In this document: positions 1 to 10,895 of the stretch, in pieces
Numbering within the stretch: the stretch's first letter is position 1
How the letters are laid out: every line of letters begins with the position of its first letter
DNA from: an uncultured Alphaproteobacteria bacterium
Lineage (GTDB): Bacteria; Pseudomonadota; Alphaproteobacteria; Rhizobiales; Hyphomicrobiaceae
Direction of reading: 5' to 3'
DNA length: 64,000 nucleotides
Assembly (NCBI GenBank): GCA_963741545.1
Contig: CAVUIN010000018.1
Span: 70,867-134,866, forward strand
The notes under the pieces: model-generated
The model's input: the letters and a program-made list of their open reading frames with translations, nothing else
The model's database searches: none
What the model was told of the DNA's origin: nothing
Program-made: the position numbers and the translations under genes

Positions 1-1748
1 AACTATCGTATCTCCGCCATTGAGGCCCTCGATGGTATTGACCCCATCGTCACCGAAGAGCACGTCGTTTTGGTTGGTGCCGCGCAGATTTTCAACGTTG
101 GAGACATTAGCGTCCTCCGCACCGACCAGGAGGCCGCCGGTAAGTGCGGCGATGACGCCAAAGGCCAATCCCGCCTCTTGATAGCTGAGCCAATCTCCGG
201 TGCCATCGCCGCCATCGATAATGTCGATCTGTAAGTCTTGGCCGGGTTGCAAAATGTCGTCGCCAGCGCCGCCGTTGAGCGTATCGGTACCAAAACTGCC
301 ATCCAAGGTATCGGCGCCGTCGCCGCCGTTCAGCGTGTCGTTGCCTGAGAAGCCGTTCAGCTGATCATCGCCTTTCAGGCCTTCGATGAGGTTGTCGCCG
401 CCGTTTCCATTGATGATGTCGGCGAAGCCCGCAACATTGCGGCCAATGATATTTTCAATGCTGGTGTAGATGACGTCAGTCAGTGAAATATTGGACAGCG
501 ACGCAATCGAGCCATTGCCCGAATTGTCGAGTGTGAATGTGAAAGACCCAAGCAAGAGCGGAATCGAGCCATTTTCGAACGAGAGCGTATCTACGCCGCT
601 ACCGCCATTTAGTGTATTGGTCGTGGCTGCGGCAAACGGCGAAGCAGAGGCGATGATCAAAAGGTCATTGCCGCCAAAGCCATTGACTGTGATGGTGCCG
701 GCCCGGCCGGTCAACGTGTCGCCATTCGTGTTGCTGCCGTCGAGAATTTCGAAATTCGAAACGATGTCGCCTGCTGCTTCACCCGCAGTTCCAAGACCGG
801 TGGTAAGATCGACGGTTACACCTGTCGAAAAAAAGTACGAGAGAAAATCGTCTCCAGCGCCACCATCCAAAGTATCAGCGCCCGCGCCACCGACAATCGT
901 ATTGTTGTCGTCGCCGCCATTGATCGTATCGTTGCCGCCGCCGCTGAGGTTCTCGATACTGGTGTAGGTGTCGGTGCCCAAGTCAACGCTGGAAAAATTG
1001 ATGGTTCCATCACCCGTTGCCGACAACGTGAATGTCACCACGCCGCTGGCATCTGCGAACGACATGGTGTCGTTGCCGCCGCCGCCGTTCAAAGTGTCAT
1101 CACCAGCGCCGCCGGTGAGGATACTGTACAGCACCATTTCCAGTGATCGATGTTGCCGAGCGCATTACCTGTACCGTTGATGTTTCCCGCGCCAGTAAGC
1201 GTCAAGTTCTCAATGTCAGCGCCGAGCGTGTAGCTGATCGACGAATTGACGGTATCGATGCCCGCGCCATCTGAAGCGGTGTCGCCTGCGTTATCGACGA
1301 TGTAAGTGTCATCGCCCGCGCCGCCATTCAGCGCATCTGCGCCGAGGCCGCCGTCGAGGATGTTGTTGCTGGCGTTGCCGGTGATGGTGTTGTTGAGCGC
1401 ATTGCCTGTACCGTTGCGTGCCGCTGTGCCGGTTAGGATCAGTTTCTCAACGTTTACGCCAAGCGTGAATGTCACCTTCGACTGAACGGTGTCGGTGCCT
1501 TGGCCCGCGAGTTCGATGGCTTTGTCGAGCAAGTTGTCGACGATGAAAATGTCGTTGCCCCTCCCACCCTTCATCTTGTCCCGGCCCGTACCGCCATCGA
1601 TCGTGTCGTTGCCGGTGCCGCCGTCGAGGTTGGTGTCGTTGCCGCCCAGGCCGAATATGCGGTCGTTGCCGCCGAGCCCGAGGATGGTGTCTGCGGCTGC
1701 AGTGCCGCGCAGTCTATTGGCAACGTTCGTGCCTGTAATTCTAGCCAT
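1..1748 (-). CDS. RTX/hemolysin-type calcium-binding repeat protein; runs off the window edge, frameshifted near 1140 and 230
   Basis: Many GGxGxD nonapeptides (GLGGND, GGTGND, GGAGDD) and IENLTLTG motifs in ORF 1089-1748; repeats continue in another frame towards position 1. Confidence 0.85.
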
Positions 1749-1904
1749 TGCGCTGTTCCCTCAATGATTTCCGCAAATTGAAATGAGTTGAGCGGAAAGT
1801 CAGACATAGTTTGGGGAATCGCACATCATTCAAATAGATGAGATTGGGCGATATATTTCGCGAGTGCCCAGGAAAAGTGGCGCCGGCAACCCGAGCCAAG
1901 GACT

Positions 1905-3170
1905 TCAAAAATCGAGCGTAATGATGTTGACCACGGCGCCCGCGGGAAGTGCCTTTGCGTTAGCGGGGTTGACGATCAGGCAATCGGCGTCGGCGAGTGC
2001 CGCGACAAGCGCGCTGTCTTGATTAGGAAGCGGGGTGACGCGCGGCGGGCTTGTTGATGTGTCGAGGCGGCCTCGCATGTAATGGTCGCGCGGGCCGTTG
2101 GGGCCAAGCGGTTCTGCGAGCTGCGCGGTGACGGCAGAGTGCGTATCCGCGCGGCCGAGCATCTTGGCGATGAGGGGAACGAGAAACACGCGCGCGCCGA
2201 TCATGGCCGAGACGGGATTTCCGGGCAGGCCGAGAATGCGCATGCTGGCCTGCGCGCTTTTAAGTTTGCCAAAGAACATCGGCTTGCCCGGCCGCATGGC
2301 GATCTTATAAAAATCGAGCGTGGCGCCGGCGGCTTCGAGCGCTGGGCGGACGAGATCGTGATCGCCGACGGACGCGCCGCCGGTTGTGATGAGGATATCG
2401 GCGCCGCCAGATTGCCGTGTGGCTTCTGCGATTTTTTGTGCGAGGTCATCTGGTTCGTCGCGGGCGATGCCGATGATTTTGGGCTGGCCTCCCGCAGCTT
2501 CGATGAGGGCCGCGAGACCGTAACTGTTCGATGCGACGATCTGCCCGGCTTGCGGGCGGTCGCACGGTTCCACGAGTTCGTCGCCGGTTGCGAGGATGGC
2601 GACGATGGGCCGCTTGACGCAGGCGAGCATGGCGTGTCCCGCACTGGCCGCAAGAAGGATGTGGCGCGCATTGAGACGTGTCCCTGCGTGCAGCACCGCG
2701 TCGCCCTCGTGGAAGTCTTGGCCGCGCAGGCGGATGTTGGCGCCCTTCGCTGTTGCCGCGTTGAAGCGGATGTTGCCGCCGTTTGCGGTGACGTCTTCCT
2801 GGATCACAACCGCGTCGGCGCCGTCAGGCACGGGCGCGCCGGTGAAGATGCGCACCGCTTCGCCTTTTTTGACGCTGCCAGCGAACGGCCATCCGGCGGC
2901 GCTTTCACCAGTGAGTTTCAGATTGCAGGGAATGTTGTCGATGTCGCTCGCGCGGACTGCGTAACCGTCCATGGAGGAACTATCGAACGGCGGGTGCGTG
3001 AGGGCGGCCGCGAGATCGTGTGCGAGGGTGCGCCCAGCCGCCTGGAGCAGCGGCACCTGTTCGGGCTGAAGGTGTGTTGCGCCGTCGAGCACGCGCGCGA
3101 GCGCTTCCGCGACGGGGATGAGGGGGGACTTATGCGTGGGGCTCGGCGCCGCTGTTTTGGATGAGGTCAT
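1905..3170 (-). CDS. moeA: Molybdopterin molybdotransferase
   Basis: PPFDSSSMDGYAV, IFTGAPVP, TGDEL, GGASVGDHD, MRPGKP, LPGNPVSA motifs; start trimmed to ATG 3170. Confidence 0.95.
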   Translation of the reverse strand: MTSSKTAAPSPTHKSPLIPVAEALARVLDGATHLQPEQVPLLQAAGRTLAHDLAAALTHPPFDSSSMDGYAVRASDIDNIPCNLKLTGESAAGWPFAGSVKKGEAVRIFTGAPVPDGADAVVIQEDVTANGGNIRFNAATAKGANIRLRGQDFHEGDAVLHAGTRLNARHILLAASAGHAMLACVKRPIVAILATGDELVEPCDRPQAGQIVASNSYGLAALIEAAGGQPKIIGIARDEPDDLAQKIAEATRQSGGADILITTGGASVGDHDLVRPALEAAGATLDFYKIAMRPGKPMFFGKLKSAQASMRILGLPGNPVSAMIGARVFLVPLIAKMLGRADTHSAVTAQLAEPLGPNGPRDHYMRGRLDTSTSPPRVTPLPNQDSALVAALADADCLIVNPANAKALPAGAVVNIITLDF

Positions 3171-3234
3171 GGCCGCGATGCTACAGCTTTGCCGCTGATT
3201 TGCCGAGCGGGGATCGGGATTAAAATTCGGGCGG

Positions 3235-3552
3235 TTAACCGCGCTGCACGCGCTCGATTGCCGGAAATTCGCTCTGGGGCGCGCCGCCGCGAGGTTCGCA
3301 GCATTGGTCGATCGCCATCCAAACCTCGCGCACGGCCGGGTCCTGGAGCGCGTCGTTGAGGCCGCCATCGCGCCAGTCGAAGAGTTCGAGCATGACGTTG
3401 CCGTCGCTATCGTGGCGGATGAGGCGGATGGGTTCCGGGCCAACGGCAAAGCCGGCTTGCGCAATGATATGCCAATGGCGTTCGAGGAGGCCGCTCAATT
3501 CGGCTTCGGCGCCCTTCCGGACGCGGAAGGTTGCGAGAACGGTATGGGCCAT
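3235..3552 (-). CDS. Small hypothetical protein, possibly ABM-like dimeric alpha/beta barrel
   Basis: MAHTVLATFRVRKGAEAEL...ELFDW pattern within ORF 3235-3600. Confidence 0.6.
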   Translation of the reverse strand: MAHTVLATFRVRKGAEAELSGLLERHWHIIAQAGFAVGPEPIRLIRHDSDGNVMLELFDWRDGGLNDALQDPAVREVWMAIDQCCEPRGGAPQSEFPAIERVQRG

Positions 3553-3728
3553 GAATACACTCAGCGGAGACAAGAAAAATACAGACGGCCAAAATTGCAA
3601 AAATTTTGCGTCGCCAGTTTATCCGTACAATTCGGACCGGACAATGACGGTCGCGCGACCGGACGCATTTTATCGCTTTACCGCATTCGCCACATTGGCC
3701 GGGAATTTATCACGGTCTTTACAGGGAG

Positions 3729-3742
3729 TTGACGCGGATCAA
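3729..3742 (+). promoter_or_regulatory. FNR/FixK-type box
   Basis: TTGACGCGGATCAA = TTGA-N6-TCAA, about 75 bp upstream of the host-attachment/USP genes. Confidence 0.7.
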
Positions 3743-3816
3743 GGTCACGCGGCGCCAGAGCGGCCAGTTTCATGCAAGCCAGAATATATTTGAATCGATA
3801 GGTGGAGGGCGCCCAG

Positions 3817-4278
3817 ATGACAAATTCCCAGAGCGATCCCACGACCTGGGTTCTGATTGCGAACGGCGCGCGTGCGCGGCTGGTGTCTGCTGTTGGCCAC
3901 GGCAAAGCGTTACACGTCGTCGAGTTGCGCGAGTTCGCAGCCTCTCATGAGCCCAATCGCGAATTGGGCCACGACAAACCCGCGCGCGTTTTTGAATCTC
4001 ACGGCGCGACACGCCATGCCGTCGAGCCGAAAACCGATGCGCATCGCGAACTGAAGCGCGATTTCGCGGCCGTGCTTGCCGAGGCGCTTGACGCCAGTGT
4101 CGTGCAGAATGAATTCGACCGGCTTGTCATTGCGGCGCCCCCCGTCACGCTCGGAGATTTGCGCAAATCCTTGTCAGAGGCCGTGCGTGCGAAGGTCACC
4201 GCCGAGATCGCGACCGACTTGACGAAAGTACCCAACAACGAAGTGCCAAGTCACATCGAGGACGTCATTCGCGTTTGA
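3817..4278 (+). CDS. Host attachment protein (baeRF12/AtsE-like)
   Basis: TWVLIANGARAR, DKPARVFES, LVIAAPPVTLGDLR, DLTK motifs. Confidence 0.85.
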   Translation: MTNSQSDPTTWVLIANGARARLVSAVGHGKALHVVELREFAASHEPNRELGHDKPARVFESHGATRHAVEPKTDAHRELKRDFAAVLAEALDASVVQNEFDRLVIAAPPVTLGDLRKSLSEAVRAKVTAEIATDLTKVPNNEVPSHIEDVIRV

Positions 4279-4313
4279 CGCCGGAACGAAATGTCCCAGA
4301 CAGGAGCCGCGCC

Positions 4314-5165
4314 ATGAGTATTCGAACCATCCTGGTCAACCTCAATCACGAAGCCCGCGTGGCAGAGCTGACCGCGGCGGCCGCCGCCATTGCGAGGGTG
4401 TCAGAAGCGCATGTGGTGGGCCTCTTTGTGATGCCGCCGCTCTACGTGCCGAGCGACATCATGGTGCCGATGGGTGCCGGGTTTTATGAAGATCAAGTGG
4501 CGGACCACGAGGCGCAGGCCGAGCGCATCAAAACAATATTCGAGCGGCTGACCAAAGGCGAGCCGTTTGTGGCGGAATGGCGCGTGCATGGCGATCCGCG
4601 CATGACTTACGACCCGATCGCCGACGGCGTTATCTTGCAATCGCGGGCGGCGGATCTCGTCATCGTTAGTCAGGCGGCTGGCGACACGTGTGCGCCCATG
4701 TTGACGGAAGTTGCCGAGCGCGTGGCTCTGGAAGGCGGGCGTCCGGTGCTCGTGGTGCCTTCGAATTGGCCGGCGCGCGAATATGGGCTTGATGTCGCGG
4801 TCGCGTGGAACGACAGCCGCGAAGCCGCGCGTGCGGCGTTCGACGCGGTACCGCTGTTGGCGCGCGCTAAGAAAGTCCGTCTCATCACGGTCGGCGAAAT
4901 GACAAACGGTGGCGGCGCCAACATTATCGCCTCGGCCGAAGTTGCGGCGACCCTGGCACGGCACGGGCTTGACGTCGAAATCGAAACCGTTGCCGCCGAC
5001 AACCGCCACCCAGGCAACGCCTTGCTGGCGCGCGTCGCGGCGGACGGCTCGGATATGCTCGTGATGGGCGCCTATGGCCACTCACGCCTGCGCGAATTCG
5101 TGCTTGGCGGCGCCACGCGCGACGTGTTGAAACACATGACCGTGCCCGTTCTCATGTCGCATTGA
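4314..5165 (+). CDS. Universal stress protein (tandem USP domains)
   Basis: GRPVLVVP, VAWNDSREAARA, LVMGAYGHSRLREFVLGGATR; RBS CAGGAG. Confidence 0.92.
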   Translation: MSIRTILVNLNHEARVAELTAAAAAIARVSEAHVVGLFVMPPLYVPSDIMVPMGAGFYEDQVADHEAQAERIKTIFERLTKGEPFVAEWRVHGDPRMTYDPIADGVILQSRAADLVIVSQAAGDTCAPMLTEVAERVALEGGRPVLVVPSNWPAREYGLDVAVAWNDSREAARAAFDAVPLLARAKKVRLITVGEMTNGGGANIIASAEVAATLARHGLDVEIETVAADNRHPGNALLARVAADGSDMLVMGAYGHSRLREFVLGGATRDVLKHMTVPVLMSH

Positions 5166-5196
5166 GGAGAGTGGGTGAGGGATTGAGAGAGACGCC

Positions 5197-5346
5197 ATGA
5201 CACTGAAAGGAATTCGCCTAGAATTGGCGCGCGATCACGACTTTCCGGAAGGCAGCCGGGATCGCGGTTATGAGTTTTCCGCGCCGCTCGATGACGACGG
5301 ACGGCTGGTTTCCGCGGAATGGAAAAGGCGCGCGAGCGCTCCATAG
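5197..5346 (+). pseudogene. Truncated 5' remnant of a conserved alphaproteobacterial hypothetical protein
   Basis: Hand translation MTLKGIRLELARDHDFPEGSRDRGYEFSAPLDDDGRLVSAEWK then stop at codon 50; family recognised from memory. Confidence 0.55.
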
Positions 5347-5401
5347 GAACAAATGGATCTGTCTGGCGTTATATCCTCATAACAGACATCAGGAGGATAC
5401 A

Positions 5402-5659
5402 ATGGCCTACCCTGAAACCAACACCCCTAAGCGCGATCCGTTTGGCGACGCGAAGCGGGACCCGACCGGAACAGACCCTAATGCCCAAAACAGTTTTTGG
5501 AATTGGGTCGTCGGTTTGGCTGTGGCAGCGCTTGTCGCCTTTTTCGTTTTCAGCTCGATGAGCGGCACGCCAACAACTCTCAACAATACCACGACGTCGC
5601 AGCCCGTTGCGCCGACGGCGAGCCCGCCAGCAGCGCCAGCAGCGCCAACAAACCCATAG
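5402..5659 (+). CDS. Small single-TM membrane protein with Pro/Ala-rich tail
   Basis: RBS AGGAGG; hydrophobic WVVGLAVAALVAFFVF segment. Confidence 0.7.
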   Translation: MAYPETNTPKRDPFGDAKRDPTGTDPNAQNSFWNWVVGLAVAALVAFFVFSSMSGTPTTLNNTTTSQPVAPTASPPAAPAAPTNP

Positions 5660-5881
5660 ACGAAATGGGCGGATTAGCTGGCCGCCTGCTGAGAAATTGG
5701 CGGGCGGCCGTAAGTTTGCGCGTAAAGAAAAGCCGGCGTCGTGCATCGACGCTCTACGCCGGTTGTCGCGTAAGCCGGCGGGCAAGAGGTAGAAAACCAC
5801 CACACATCCAACCGCCGCACGAGCGGCTTGTCAGAGACATCGTTACGGCGCCCGTCGTATGCACATTTGGAGATTTTGGAA

Positions 5882-7234
5882 ATGTTGGATTTGAAAGTCT
5901 GGCAGATACTGGCGACCGTTTCCATCTTACCTCTCGTGAGTTCACCTCATGCATCCGCTGCTGCACCGGCAAAGAAAATCGGCTTCGGCAGCAATCCAGA
6001 GCTTCCAGCACCCAAAGTGTCGCTCATCCCAACAGTCAACATTGCGCCTGCACGAGGCTGGAAGATGGGTGAAAAGCCTATGGCAGCTTCAGGACTGGCC
6101 GTCACTGCGTTTGCAGCGGATCTTGATCATCCCAGATGGCTGCATGTCCTTCCCAATGGAGACGTGCTGGTCGCCGAAACGAATGCTCCCAAGCGTCCCG
6201 ACGACGAAAAAGGCCTGCGAAACTGGATCATGGGGCTCGTGATGGGCCGTGCTGGCGCTGGAGGGCCGAGTGCCAACCGCATTGTTCTGCTGCGCGGCTT
6301 GAAGGCGGATGGAGCAGCCTCTGAAAAGTTCGTCTTTCTGGAGGGATTGAATTCGCCCTTCGGAATGGCGCTCGTCGGAAACTGGCTCTACGTCGCCAAC
6401 ACCGATGCGCTCGTCAAATATCCCTATGTCAGCGGCGATACGCAAATCAAAGCGGCGCCCATCAGAATTGCCGATCTGCCCGCCGGTCTGCTTAATCACC
6501 ATTGGACTAAGAACGTTATTGCCAGCAAAGATGGCTTGAAACTTTACGTCACTGTTGGTTCAAACAGCAACGTGGCAGAGAACGGCATCGACAAGGAAGA
6601 CAACCGCGCGGCTATCTTGGCAATAGATCCTCAGACCGGAACGTCCTCCGTCTTCGCTTCGGGACTTCGCAATCCGAATGGCTTGGCCTGGGAGCCGAAC
6701 TCCGGCGCATTGTGGGCGGTTGTCAATGAGCGCGACGAACTGGGCGACGATCTCGTTCCCGACTACATGACTTCGGTGAGGGAGGGGAATTTCTATGGCT
6801 GGCCGTATAGCTATTTCGGGCAGCACGTCGATGACCGTGTGAAGCCTCAGCGTCCCGACATGGTCCAAAGGGCAGTAATTCCAGACTATGCGCTCGGTGC
6901 GCATACGGCGTCATTGGGTTTGACGTTTGCATCCGAAATCAAATTATCGGAGCAGTTCGCAAATGGCGCATTTATTGGCCAGCACGGGTCTTGGAACCGC
7001 AAGCCGGCAAGCGGCTACAAAGTAATTTTTGTGCCGTTTTCCGGTGGCAAGCCGTCGGGCGAACCGATTGACGTCCTGACAGGCTTCTTAGATGCCAATG
7101 GCGGTGCAATGGGGCGTCCCGTCGGAGTGGCGATAGCGCCGGACGGTGCACTGCTCGTGGCCGACGACGTCGGCAACCGGATATGGCGCGTTGCCGCTGC
7201 ACGGCCGGCTTTGTCGCGCAACGACGACAAATAA
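5882..7234 (+). CDS. PQQ-dependent sugar/sorbosone dehydrogenase family protein
   Basis: [52 protein letters not shown]. Confidence 0.9.
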   Translation: MLDLKVWQILATVSILPLVSSPHASAAAPAKKIGFGSNPELPAPKVSLIPTVNIAPARGWKMGEKPMAASGLAVTAFAADLDHPRWLHVLPNGDVLVAETNAPKRPDDEKGLRNWIMGLVMGRAGAGGPSANRIVLLRGLKADGAASEKFVFLEGLNSPFGMALVGNWLYVANTDALVKYPYVSGDTQIKAAPIRIADLPAGLLNHHWTKNVIASKDGLKLYVTVGSNSNVAENGIDKEDNRAAILAIDPQTGTSSVFASGLRNPNGLAWEPNSGALWAVVNERDELGDDLVPDYMTSVREGNFYGWPYSYFGQHVDDRVKPQRPDMVQRAVIPDYALGAHTASLGLTFASEIKLSEQFANGAFIGQHGSWNRKPASGYKVIFVPFSGGKPSGEPIDVLTGFLDANGGAMGRPVGVAIAPDGALLVADDVGNRIWRVAAARPALSRNDDK

Positions 7235-7480
7235 AATATACCTGCCCAGGTCGCTTTAAGCCAAGCAAGTAGCTCGCGTAGCCGGCAATAAAAACGCGGA
7301 GAATTGTAGGGTGCAATAGACCCGATCTGCACGCTTGCTGCGCGGCGGGTCGTATTGCACCAAACCGCGATTGCCGATGCCTGCAGCCTTTCGGCGCAAT
7401 ACGGCTCGTGCAAGTGCAGAGCACGAACCTATTGCGCCCTACTTCGGATTATACCGCGCGTGCACAGGACGTGTCGGCCG

Positions 7481-7969
7481 TCACTTCGCCTTGTAATGCC
7501 CGCTGCGGCCGCCGGTTTTTTCCATGAGGCGAATGTCGCGAATGATCATGCCTTTGTCCGCCGCTTTGAGCATGTCGTAAATCGTCAGGCAGGCGACGGA
7601 GACGGCGGTCAACGCTTCCATCTCGACGCCGGTTTGGCCTGAGACTTTGACTTCGGCGACGACGGCTATGCCAACCGGGTTCTGCGCGGTCGTGAACTCG
7701 ACGGTTGCCTTGGTGATCAGCAGCGGATGGCAGAGCGGGATCAGCTCGTGCGTCTTCTTGGCCGCCATGATGCCGGCGATGCGCGCGGTTGCCAGCACGT
7801 CGCCTTTTTTGGCCTCGCCCTTTTGGATGAGGGCCAGCGTCTCCGCGTTCATTTTGACGAAGCCGGCCGCGCGGGCGGTGCGCTCTGTGACGGCCTTTTC
7901 AGACACGTCGACCATGCGGGCTGCGCCTTTTTCGTCGAGGTGGGAGAGTTTGCCTGAAGTCTTGCTCAT
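7481..7969 (-). CDS. moaC: Cyclic pyranopterin monophosphate synthase
   Basis: [36 protein letters not shown]. Confidence 0.97.
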   Translation of the reverse strand: MSKTSGKLSHLDEKGAARMVDVSEKAVTERTARAAGFVKMNAETLALIQKGEAKKGDVLATARIAGIMAAKKTHELIPLCHPLLITKATVEFTTAQNPVGIAVVAEVKVSGQTGVEMEALTAVSVACLTIYDMLKAADKGMIIRDIRLMEKTGGRSGHYKAK

Positions 7970-8403
7970 GCGCTGCCTTCTGCGGGTGGCTTCGGTGTTC
8001 GCCGCGCGGTCTCCCTCCCCCTTGATGGGGGAGGGTTGGGGTGGGGGTGGTTCACAATCCTATCGGGTGTGCACCCGAGAAAAGTTTGAATTCGAGATAG
8101 CGTTAATTCGGGATCAGTCATGATCACTTCGTTGCTCAGACGCAAGATGCGAAAGCGTTGGGTTGATAACCAGTGGTCGCGTTGAATATCGTTGGATCGG
8201 CGCGCAGGGTTGTCATGCACGTCGCCATCCGCTTCGATGATGACGCGGCGTTCGAGGCAGACGAAATCGGTAATAAAGGGTCCAATTGGGTGTTGCCGGC
8301 GAAACCGGTGGCCAACGATTTGACGGTTGCGCAGAATTTTCCAGAGGGATCTTTCAGCCAGCGTCTGATGAGTTCTGAGATGTCGCGCATGTTTGTTTGG
8401 CAT
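7966..8403 (-). CDS. DUF559 / Vsr-like endonuclease
   Basis: [48 protein letters not shown]; C-terminus reads through the left repeat. Confidence 0.85.
   Translation of the reverse strand: MPNKHARHLRTHQTLAERSLWKILRNRQIVGHRFRRQHPIGPFITDFVCLERRVIIEADGDVHDNPARRSNDIQRDHWLSTQRFRILRLSNEVIMTDPELTLSRIQTFLGCTPDRIVNHPHPNPPPSRGRETARRTPKPPAEGSA
8012..8047. repeat. Family A palindromic repeat, left arm of cassette 1
   Basis: TCCCTCCCCCTTGATGGGGGAGGGTTGGGGTGGGGG. Confidence 0.85.
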
Positions 8404-8431
8404 TTTTTTTACGCGGCTGGTGTTGAGGACA

Positions 8432-8468
8432 CCCCCCTCCCCAACCCTCCCCCGCAAGGGGGGAGGGA
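8432..8468. repeat. Family A repeat, inverted right arm of cassette 1
   Basis: CCCCCCTCCCCAACCCTCCCCCGCAAGGGGGGAGGGA. Confidence 0.85.
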
Positions 8469-8533
8469 GGGCCGTTGGAGCAGCTTCGGCGCATGATCGC
8501 TCTGTATGAGCTGATGCGCAATTGTTTGCTGCG

Positions 8534-9324
8534 CTAACCGAGCAACTCTTTCGTCGCGGCCGTCACATCATCCTGGCGCATGAGAGACTTCGCCGACAAG
8601 GAAAGTGTTGACGTTGACCTTTTGCAGCCGCGCGAGATCGGCGGGTGTGAAGATGCCGCTTTCGCCGATGACGATGCGGTCCTTCGGCACGCGCGGCGCG
8701 AGTTGTTCGGTCGTCGCTAATGTCACGTCGAAGGTTTTCAAGTTGCGATTGTTGATGCCGATCATGCGGCAATCGAGCTTTAGTGCCCGATCCAACTCAG
8801 CGCCATCATGCACTTCGGCAATCGCGTCCATGCCCCAGTCTTTCGCGGCCGACGCCAAATCGGCGGCGAGCGCGTCATCGACTTCGGCGAGGATGATCAA
8901 AATGCAGTCGGCGCCCCAGGAGCGGGATTCGGCCACCTGATAGGTGTCGATCATGAAGTCCTTGCGCAGCACGGGAAGTTTCACGGCCGCGCGCGCGGCG
9001 ACGAGATAATCGGGCGCGCCTTGGAACGAGGGCGTGTCGGTTAGGATCGAGAGGCACGCCGCGCCGCCGGCTTCGTAAGCGCGGGCCAGCGCGGGCGGGT
9101 CGAAGTCGGCGCGGATCAGACCCTTTCGACGGCGACGCCTTTTTGATCTCGGCGATGAGCGCGGCCTTCTTGGCTTTGAGCTTGGCTTCAATCGCGCCCG
9201 CAAAGGGGCGCACGCGTGGCGCCGAGCGCGCGTATTCGCAAATCACGCGCAGCGGCTTTAATTGTTTAGCCCGCGCCACTTCTTCGCGTTTGTAGGCGGT
9301 GATCTTTTCGAGGATGTCGGCCAT
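8534..9324 (-). CDS. trpC: Indole-3-glycerol phosphate synthase (two apparent frameshifts, near 9120 and 8590)
   Basis: [21 protein letters not shown] | [35 protein letters not shown] | SLMRQDD. Confidence 0.93.
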
Positions 9325-9431
9325 GGGTCTTCTTTAATGGGAATTCTCCGGCCGTGGTAGGGCGGGCGCGCAATATGGTCAAGGGCGGGCAAGGAATTTG
9401 CCCGCGTGCTGCTATATACACTCCGCAATGC

Positions 9432-9523
9432 TGTCATCCCAGGGCTTGTCCCTGGGATCCATTCACCCACTTGTGCCGGTGAATGTTGAGCGATGGATCC
9501 TAGGCACAAGGCCTAGGATGACA
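9432..9523. repeat. Family B REP-like doublet (TGTCATCC...GGATGACA)
   Basis: Two inverted hairpin units; overlaps the maiA stop codon. Confidence 0.8.
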
Positions 9524-10193
9524 TGGTCGGCGCGCCCGCCTGCCGCATCGGCTCGGCCATTGCGAAGGCGTCTTGGCTCATGCATTTGGCGGCGATGCGA
9601 TTGATCGTTGGAATGCCGCCGACTTCGATTTTGAAAATGGGTATGACGGCCACGAGACTGGCGACCACGATGTCCGCGATGGTAACCGTGTCGCCGTGAC
9701 AGTAGGTGCCGGTTTCAGTTTCGGTTGCGAGGCGCTTTTCGACAGCCTGTAAGCCTGTCGTCAGCCAGTTCGTTTGCCAGGCGCGGAACTTTGCATCGTC
9801 GAAGGCGGCTTCACCCACGAGATACTTCTTGACGCGGCCCGTAATCATCGGATGCGTGTCGGCCGCGAGCATTTGCGCGATCGACCGGACGCGGGCGCGT
9901 CCGTGGGCACCGCCGGGCAAGAGCGGCGGCAGCGGCTGAACCTCGTCGAGATATTCGAGAATGGCGAGCGACTGCGTGATGGGGGAGTGCATCGCGGCCA
10001 GCTCGCGATCGATGAGCGCGGGGATGGCGCCGAGCGGATTGACTTTCAGGAACGCGTCGCTGCGCTGTTCGCCGGCATCGAGATTGACGTTGTGCTCTTC
10101 TGCCGTCAATCCCTTGAGGTTCATCGCCACGCGCACGCGATACGTGGCGGATGTGCGCCAGTAGGAATAGAGTTCGAAGCGGGGTGTGGGCAT
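9513..10193 (-). CDS. maiA: Maleylacetoacetate isomerase (GST zeta class)
   Basis: YSYWRTSATYRVRVAMNLKG, NPLGAIPAL, TQSLAILEYLDE, ADTHP. Confidence 0.88.
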   Translation of the reverse strand: MPTPRFELYSYWRTSATYRVRVAMNLKGLTAEEHNVNLDAGEQRSDAFLKVNPLGAIPALIDRELAAMHSPITQSLAILEYLDEVQPLPPLLPGGAHGRARVRSIAQMLAADTHPMITGRVKKYLVGEAAFDDAKFRAWQTNWLTTGLQAVEKRLATETETGTYCHGDTVTIADIVVASLVAVIPIFKIEVGGIPTINRIAAKCMSQDAFAMAEPMRQAGAPTMSS

Positions 10194-10215
10194 GGGGGCG
10201 GGTCCTTGTTCTCCA

Positions 10216-10260
10216 TCTCCCCGGTACTGCACTTTACGGGGAGAGGGTAGGGGTGAGAGG
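10216..10260. repeat. Family A repeat, diverged solo copy
   Basis: TCTCCCCG...CGGGGAGAGGGTAGGGGTGAGAGG. Confidence 0.7.
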
Positions 10261-10332
10261 CGGCAACTATAAAGACTTTGTGAGGGCGGCAGTTCGGCAA
10301 TTCAGTCTGACAGTCTTAGCAGCACATGCGGC

Positions 10333-10424
10333 TGTCATCCTAGGCCTTGTGCCTAGGATCCATTGCGCCGCAAACGCCGGAGCCAGCCGATGATTTGATC
10401 CTTCGGGCAAGCCCGAGGATGACA
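10333..10424. repeat. Family B REP-like doublet
   Basis: TGTCATCCTAGGCCTTGTGCCTAGGATCCA ... GATCCTTCGGGCAAGCCCGAGGATGACA. Confidence 0.8.
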
Positions 10425-10459
10425 TTTCGTGGCATTCGGTGTTTGAAGCTCGCTCAGAA

Positions 10460-10495
10460 TCCCCTCCCCCTCGCGGGGAGGGGCTAGGGGTGGGG
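10460..10495. repeat. Family A repeat, left arm of cassette 3
   Basis: Nearly identical to 16160-16197. Confidence 0.85.
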
Positions 10496-10529
10496 TGAAG
10501 GGCTTGGCGAGATGACGGGGTAGGGCCAG

Positions 10530-10895
10530 AAACTGACTATGAGCTACTGCCTCCGCATAGTATTCTACCTCCGCGCATCTACGCGTTGAAAGTGAGGTCT
10601 CCTTGACCAAACTTTTGAACGAGACGAGGGTGGGTCGATCCTCGGAGGCGCTAACCGGAATGACAACAGTGCCAGTTGTCATGTGACTCGGTTGCCTCGG
10701 GAACACTGCGAGCTAACTTGCGGGACGACGCCCATGTCACAACAGGGCTCCTTCGGGACCAATCTGCTAGCTACGCGCCTAGTCAGCGCGGTTCAGCGAA
10801 CAGACTAAAGTGGGTCAGCACCTGCTGCACACCACTAAGGTGAGCCAGTTTGGAAGCGGTGTTTATGCGCGAACCTAACTGGCTCACCTATATTA
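10530..10895 (+). ncRNA. Candidate structured non-coding RNA (unassigned family)
   Basis: Contiguous hairpins, including a 13-bp stem (10838-10850/10877-10889), an 8-bp stem (10660-10667/10675-10682) and a cUUCGg loop; G-U pairs favour the + strand; no convincing ORF. Confidence 0.4.

Noticed and set aside
10780-10850. ACAGACTAAA resembling the group I intron R element or HEARO RNA
   Set aside because: No downstream S element (TAGTC), no interrupted host gene and no IscB/HNH ORF.
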